DNA of 64,000 nucleotides from Elusimicrobia bacterium GWA2_51_34 (GTDB lineage Bacteria; Elusimicrobiota; Elusimicrobia; Elusimicrobiales; UBA9959): NCBI GenBank assembly GCA_001799565.1, contig MGTS01000020.1, positions 1,104 to 65,103 of the forward strand, read 5' to 3'. Shown piece by piece: positions 59,367 to 64,000 of this stretch (position 1 is its first letter; each line of letters starts with the position of its first letter). The notes under the pieces were generated by a model. It saw only the letters and a program-made list of their open reading frames with translations, ran no database searches and was not told where the DNA came from. The position numbers and the translations under genes were made by a program.

Positions 59367-60920
59367 TTAAAACAGTCCCCGTGTCACAAGTTTTCTGTCT
59401 TCACAGCCGAGCGCTTTCAGGGCCCAAAAATAAACCGTAAGCCCGGACGCTACGCCAAGCGCGGTCATTGCCGCCGGTGAGAGGAATCTTTCAAAAGAAA
59501 GTTTTACGGCCATCACCGCGAAGCCCATGGCGGCCGCCGCCGCCGCTATCTTTAAAAAAGTTCTCTTGTCTCCTAAACCCGAAAACCCAGTATCTTTTTC
59601 AAGCCGCGACAGTAAAAAAACAGCCGCGCCCCACGAACTAAGGCTGGTGGCGAGCATCAGCCCTTTAAGCCCCATTGCCCGCATGAGCGGGAACCCCAGC
59701 AGGGCATTCGCGCCTAACTGGAGAAACAGAACTTTAATCGGCAGCGTGTTTTTCCCCGCGCCGTAGAAAGCCGAGACCGCTATTTTATTGGCGCCGAAGG
59801 CCGGCAGGCCAAGCGCCAGGAACAAAATGGCCTGCGAGGTCAGCGCGCTTTGCTCGTATGTGAAGCGGCCGTGTTCAAAAAGGGCGCGTGAAACAGGAAG
59901 GCTTAAAAAAACAAGGCCGATGGCCGCCGGCAGCATGATAAGGGCCGTGGTTTTAAAGGCGTGTTCAAGCGTTGCCGCGTTTGCACGTTTGTCGCCGGAG
60001 ATGGCCGACATTCTTGAAAGTTCAGGCAGGCTGACCGCGGCGGCCGAGACGGCAAAAAGCGAAACGGGAAACTGCACGATGCGGGCTGAGTTATATATGG
60101 CGGTAATTGAGCCTGGCGCCAGGAAACTGGCATAAACCGTGTTTATAAGCATGGAAAGCTGGTCCTGCGCGAGCGCGGCGGCCGCGGGTATTGCGAGCGC
60201 CAGGGCCTGAGCTCCGTTTATGGCGCGCCCCGGCGCGCTAAGGCCCAGGCAAAAACCTTCCTTTCGTATCATGGGGGCCAGTACTGCCAGCTGCGCCAGG
60301 CCGGAGGCCGAAGCCACGGCGGCTAAAAGAGTCATTTTATGGGCGGGGTTTAAAGACGCGGCAAACCCCGCATGCATGAAAAGCAGGCAGGCTATAATAG
60401 ACAGGGAAAACACCGCGGGAGCCAGCGCCGGCGCGAAAAACCTGCGCGCGGCGTTTAAAGCCGCCTGTACAAGCGCGGCCGCGTTCACAAAAATAAGGTG
60501 CGGCATCAGCACTGCGGTAAGAAGCGCCGTAAGCGCGAACTGTTCCGGGTTAGCGGCAAATCCGCCCGTAAAAACCTTCACCAGCGGCCGGCGCAGTAAT
60601 ATGCCCGCCAGTGCCAGCGCCGCCGATACGCATAAAATAAGCGTCCAGACGGAGGAGAAAAAAGCCTTCGCGTCTTCTTCCGATTTGGCGCGTTCTTTTT
60701 CCAGCAGGGGGATGAAAGCGGCGTTAATCGCTCCCTCACCCGCGGTACGCCTGAAAACATTCACCAGTCTGAAAGCGGCGTAGTAGGCGTCGGTAAGCGC
60801 CCCGCCCCCGAAGAACGCCACCAGCAGGACGTCTCGGGCGTACCCCAGGAGCTTTGTTATCAGCGAGGCAAAGGCAAAACCGGATACGTTCTTTGCGAAC
60901 AAATTTGATTTTTCGCTCAT
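59367..60920 (-). CDS. murJ: Lipid II flippase MurJ (MviN)
   Basis: A 517-aa polytopic ORF. 'SLITKLLGYARDVLLVAFFGGGALTDAYYAAFRLVNVFRR' is the MurJ N-terminal signature. Confidence 0.85.
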   Translation of the reverse strand: MSEKSNLFAKNVSGFAFASLITKLLGYARDVLLVAFFGGGALTDAYYAAFRLVNVFRRTAGEGAINAAFIPLLEKERAKSEEDAKAFFSSVWTLILCVSAALALAGILLRRPLVKVFTGGFAANPEQFALTALLTAVLMPHLIFVNAAALVQAALNAARRFFAPALAPAVFSLSIIACLLFMHAGFAASLNPAHKMTLLAAVASASGLAQLAVLAPMIRKEGFCLGLSAPGRAINGAQALALAIPAAAALAQDQLSMLINTVYASFLAPGSITAIYNSARIVQFPVSLFAVSAAAVSLPELSRMSAISGDKRANAATLEHAFKTTALIMLPAAIGLVFLSLPVSRALFEHGRFTYEQSALTSQAILFLALGLPAFGANKIAVSAFYGAGKNTLPIKVLFLQLGANALLGFPLMRAMGLKGLMLATSLSSWGAAVFLLSRLEKDTGFSGLGDKRTFLKIAAAAAAMGFAVMAVKLSFERFLSPAAMTALGVASGLTVYFWALKALGCEDRKLVTRGLF

Positions 60921-60950
60921 AAAGTGATAAACTGTTGCTGTTCAGGTAGA

Positions 60951-61066
60951 CAGAATTCAGAAGTCAGAATTCAGAATGGCCTGTGAATAGGCCTCCAAGG
61001 ATTTGCCGGTCTCTTCAAGCAGCTTTCTTCGATATTCTGACTACTGACTTCTGAATTCTGACTCCT
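60951..61066. repeat. CAGAATT-type periodic-arm inverted repeat between divergent murJ and rpsT
   Basis: CAGAATTCAGAAGTCAGAATTCAGAATGG ... ATTCTGACTACTGACTTCTGAATTCTGACTCCT. It uses the same unit family as 1730-1788. Confidence 0.9.
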
Positions 61067-61100
61067 AACTGCCTGAGTAGTTACGGTAAACTATAATAAT

Positions 61101-61397
61101 ATGGCTAAACTTAAGACCGGACGACATACCAGCGCTATTAAAGCGCACCGTAAATCCGAGCGTCTGGCCTCCAGAAACAGGGGCGTCCATGCCAGGATTC
61201 ATGACGCAGCTAAGGAATTTGACGGCTTGATCGCCAAAAAGGACGTGGAAAACGCGCAGAAACTGCTGCCGAAGGTCCACGCGCTCCTTGATAAGGCCGC
61301 CAAGACCGGCACCATCCACTGGAAGGCCGCCGCCCGCAGGAAATCACGACTTGCCCTGCGCATAAAAACCGCTGTACAGATAACGAATAACAAATAG
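61101..61397 (+). CDS. rpsT: 30S ribosomal protein S20
   Basis: 'MAKLKTGRHTSAIKAHRKSERLASRNRGVHARI' is S20-like. The ORF is basic and 98 aa. Confidence 0.9.
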   Translation: MAKLKTGRHTSAIKAHRKSERLASRNRGVHARIHDAAKEFDGLIAKKDVENAQKLLPKVHALLDKAAKTGTIHWKAAARRKSRLALRIKTAVQITNNK

Positions 61398-61452
61398 CGA
61401 ATAGTGAACAGGGGTTTTAGTTCCTTCCCTTTTCACTGCTTCGCTATTTTGC
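61391..61452. repeat. CGAATAG-type hairpin at the rpsT stop (between convergent rpsT and holA)
   Basis: CAAATAGCGAATAGTGAACAGGGG ... CCCTTTTCACTGCTTCGCTATTTTGC. The loop contains TAGTTCCT. Confidence 0.85.
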
Positions 61453-61481
61453 TTTCCTAAAGATCAATTTTTTCCTGTTTT

Positions 61482-62483
61482 CTACTTAAATCTTAAAATC
61501 TCATAAACTAACTGCCGTATCAGCAGAGCCGGGTTTCTCCCGGAAGAGGACTTAAGCAGTGCTTCTGTTTCCATACAGCGTTTAAGCCCTCTCAATAGTT
61601 TGTCTTCGGAGTAGGCGCCGGCGGCCGCGGACAGATGTCTGTATTGGCCCGGGCTTACGCCCGTCTGATATGAGGCTGACGAGCCGGCTCCCGATGCCTC
61701 AAGCCTTTTAACTTTCAGCAGCCGCTCAAGCGTTCTTGAAACATTATAAAGCAAAACCAGGGGTTCTGCGTCTTCGGCAAGCAGCTTGTCCAGAATAACA
61801 GCGCCGGCTTGCGCGTCGCGCTTGCAGACCGCGTTTGGCAGGTCAAAAGGGTTCTGGTTTTTTGAAAAACCAGCCAGTTCAACCGCGTCGGATGCGCCGA
61901 ACGGCTTTTTGACGCCGTGGTGGTAAAGGGCTATTTTCTCCGCCTCCACGGCAAGGGTGCCCGCGTCGGTGCCCAGCAGTTCCGTCAGGGTTTCAAGGGC
62001 TTCGTCCGATGCCGCGCAACCCGCCGTTTCAAGCTTTTGCCCTAGAAACTTACGCGCCTCAAAGTCGTTTAAGCACTCAAAAATAACCAGGGCGCAGTCC
62101 TGCGCGAGCGCTTTGGCGAACTGGTCGGAAGCTTCATATTTTTTTGAGGAAATAATAAAAAGCGAGGTAAAGGGCGCGGGGTTTTCCAGATAAGCGGCCA
62201 GCTCACGAGCGTTATCTTTTTTCAGTTTGTCGCAGCGCTTTATAACCAAAAAGCGTCTCTCGCTCAGCATGGGGGCGGTTTGTGCTTCGCCGGCAATTTC
62301 GCGCATGTCGGCGGTTTCAGCGTAGTGGACTGAAAAATCAAAAGCATTCGGCTTAAAAAGCGCTTTCAAGCGAGCTAAAGCCGCTTCCTGAAGGGCATGT
62401 TCTTCTCCGCAAAAATAATATACGGGCCGCAATTTATTTTTGCGCCACTCTTCTTCCATGGCCTGCGGAGTCAGTGTCTGCAT
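61482..62483 (-). CDS. holA: DNA polymerase III delta subunit
   Basis: 'LRPVYYFCGEEHALQEAAL' is a delta-like N-terminus. The leuS-lptE-holA synteny is present. The ATG at 62483 overlaps the upstream stop (TAATG), and the track start at 62654 lies inside lptE. Confidence 0.75.
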   Translation of the reverse strand: MQTLTPQAMEEEWRKNKLRPVYYFCGEEHALQEAALARLKALFKPNAFDFSVHYAETADMREIAGEAQTAPMLSERRFLVIKRCDKLKKDNARELAAYLENPAPFTSLFIISSKKYEASDQFAKALAQDCALVIFECLNDFEARKFLGQKLETAGCAASDEALETLTELLGTDAGTLAVEAEKIALYHHGVKKPFGASDAVELAGFSKNQNPFDLPNAVCKRDAQAGAVILDKLLAEDAEPLVLLYNVSRTLERLLKVKRLEASGAGSSASYQTGVSPGQYRHLSAAAGAYSEDKLLRGLKRCMETEALLKSSSGRNPALLIRQLVYEILRFK

Positions 62484-63115
62484 TATTTTCCGGCGGCGGT
62501 TGAAACCGGCACCTCCGGGGAGGGCCTGGGGCCGGCGGCCGGCGGGTCCGAGTTGTCCAGGGACCCTTGCGGAACGCTTCGCTGTGATACGCTGGTGACG
62601 GAACCGAAACCTTCCACCGTGCGCCGGACGATGGCTTTTGAAAGTATCTCCCAAAGCGCTTCCCTGGCCTGTTCTTCGCTCAAGCCGCCCGGCAGCGTTG
62701 AGGCGGAATAGATCTTTGTCACCTGCAGCGCCGGTTCTTCCCAGAGGTAGCGGTTATATGCCTTGTCAAGCAGGCGTACCACCGCCACCACATTAATTTT
62801 ATAAACCGTGGGCACCAGGTTAACATCGTATTGTATGGGGGTGAGTATATAATTGCTTATCTCTCCCACCAGCACGCCGTCGGCCGAACTTTCGGGGGAT
62901 ACCGAGTACTCTCCGTTTTTTAAAAACTCATCAATTACCTTAAGCATCAGTTTTTCTTCAAGGCCGAACTGCGGTGTTTTATTCAAGAAAGGCCTTACAG
63001 CTATCTTTTTTATATGCTGCGGCATTTTCTGCTCAGCCGGGTTGTACTGTATTTCTGAAGTTGAGCAGCCGGCTATAGCCAGCGCCGCCGCGAATATTAT
63101 AATTCCATGTTTCAT
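62483..63115 (-). CDS. lptE: LPS-assembly lipoprotein LptE-like, with a Pro-rich C-terminal tail
   Basis: It has the lipobox 'ALAIAGCS', is about 210 aa, and sits between leuS and holA as in E. coli. The assignment rests mainly on synteny. Confidence 0.55.
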   Translation of the reverse strand: MKHGIIIFAAALAIAGCSTSEIQYNPAEQKMPQHIKKIAVRPFLNKTPQFGLEEKLMLKVIDEFLKNGEYSVSPESSADGVLVGEISNYILTPIQYDVNLVPTVYKINVVAVVRLLDKAYNRYLWEEPALQVTKIYSASTLPGGLSEEQAREALWEILSKAIVRRTVEGFGSVTSVSQRSVPQGSLDNSDPPAAGPRPSPEVPVSTAAGK

Positions 63116-63155
63116 AATCTCCCCCCGTTTTGATTTTTAGGTGACTGTTAAGGTG

Positions 63156-63241
63156 GATAGGCTATAGGCAGTTAGGCTGTAGGTAAGAAGCCGAAAAATA
63201 GACTAATATCCTGCATCCTACAGCCTTCAGCCTACAGCCTG
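63156..63241. repeat. TAGGCTG-type periodic-arm inverted repeat (lptE-leuS spacer, overlaps the leuS stop)
   Basis: GATAGGCTATAGGCAGTTAGGCTGTAGGTAAG ... TCCTGCATCCTACAGCCTTCAGCCTACAGCCTG. Confidence 0.9.
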
Positions 63242-64000
63242 TCTTTTACCACTATACTTACAAGCCTGCTTTTAACCACTATTACTTTTACCACTGTTTT
63301 CCCGATCATGTGGGGAGCCGCGTTTTCAAGCGCCAGGCGTTCAAGCTCCTTATCGCCTGTAGTTTCCTTCACCTTCAGGCGGACTTTCAACTTGCCGTTT
63401 ACCTGAACCGGCACTTCAATATCACGCTCCGAAATCACCGCGGCGTCCGGCCGCGGCCAGGCGGTTTTCATAAGCGTGCCCTGGCCGCCCGAACGCTCCC
63501 AAAGCTCGTCCGTAATGTGCGGGGCAAGCGGGTGCAACAGGCGCATGAACACGGAAAAATCTTCTTTTGAAGGTGAGGCTTCCGCGCTCAGGCGGTTGAA
63601 ATAGATCATAAGGGCTGAAATGGCGGTGTTGAATTTGAGGCTTTCCAGATCCGCGGTCAACTTGGCTATGGTCTGGTGGCGCAGTATAAGCAGGTCTTTG
63701 GGCGGTTCCACGTCGGAAAGGCCGGCGCCGAGGCTCCAGGCCCAAACGCGATTGAGAAAACGGTGAATGCCTTCTATGGCGCGCATATTCCAGGGCTTTG
63801 CGTCTTCAAGCGGGCCCATAAACATCTCATACATCCTGAAGGCGTCCGCGCCGTAGGAGGCTACTATTTCGTCGGGATTGATAACATTTTTTTTGGATTT
63901 TGACATCTTTTCAACAACCGGTTTTATCGTTTCGCCCGTTTTTGTGACGGCGGAGCCGTCGTCCTGGATGTCAAGTTCGCCGTAGGCGCGGTAAACGCCT
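63232..64000 (-). CDS. leuS: Leucine--tRNA ligase, C-terminal part (5' end lies outside the window)
   Basis: 'VEKMSKSKKNVINPDEIVASYGADAFRMYEMFMGPLEDAKPWN' contains KMSKS. The frame stays open upstream of the track's first Met to the window edge. Confidence 0.92.
   Translation of the reverse strand, partial: GVYRAYGELDIQDDGSAVTKTGETIKPVVEKMSKSKKNVINPDEIVASYGADAFRMYEMFMGPLEDAKPWNMRAIEGIHRFLNRVWAWSLGAGLSDVEPPKDLLILRHQTIAKLTADLESLKFNTAISALMIYFNRLSAEASPSKEDFSVFMRLLHPLAPHITDELWERSGGQGTLMKTAWPRPDAAVISERDIEVPVQVNGKLKVRLKVKETTGDKELERLALENAAPHMIGKTVVKVIVVKSRLVSIVVKDRL

Noticed and set aside
355-61060. Apparent enrichment of the EcoRI site GAATTC in spacer elements, considered as a restriction-modification signature
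   Set aside because: I cannot count hexamer frequencies reliably by eye, and no R-M genes are visible in the window. GAATTC is more simply part of the GGAAnTyC core and the CAGAATT unit.

Overview
This is a 64-kb chromosomal window from a diderm bacterium, judged from LptE, a beta-barrel OMP, MurJ and type IV pilus motor genes. GC looks mid-50s % by eye, and the lineage cannot be assigned from sequence alone. I call about 52 protein genes. I saw no rRNA, tRNA, CRISPR array, transposase or integrase. The backbone is housekeeping: nusG-rplK-rplA, hppA, infC-rpmI-rplT-pheS-pheT, malQ-ridA, a murC-like ligase, dnaX-recR, comEC, nadK-recN-gltX, pilB-pilT-pilC, uvrC-MGMT, murJ, rpsT and leuS-lptE-holA. 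Four things stand out. (1) At 23.2-36.4 kb there is a co-directional cluster of six membrane-anchored Gly/Ser/Ala-rich low-complexity paralogues (one of 1285 aa) plus a beta-barrel OMP. I recognise no family or catalytic motif in it, and it is my best candidate for an undescribed envelope system. (2) GC-rich palindromic repeat modules are inserted in frame into essential genes (pheT twice, recN, dnaX, the GYF protein). The same modules occur in noncoding spacers, which resembles the Rickettsia palindromic element situation. (3) Nearly every intergenic spacer over 60 nt carries a locus-specific element made of tandem 7- or 8-nt units. These usually form two complementary arms around a loop with a recurrent GGAAnTyCT(GA) core. 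Some are translated and supply signal-peptide hydrophobic cores. (4) dnaX has an A10 run whose -1 and +1 frames both stop within 1-4 codons, which is a candidate tau/gamma recoding site. There is also a visibly AT-richer accessory stretch (about 52.8-57.4 kb). It holds an AAA ATPase, a TPR lipoprotein, a PD-(D/E)xK-like protein, an orphan antitoxin next to a 129-bp inverted-repeat element, and BrnTA. All calls rest on reading the translations and the DNA by eye. No database search was run.
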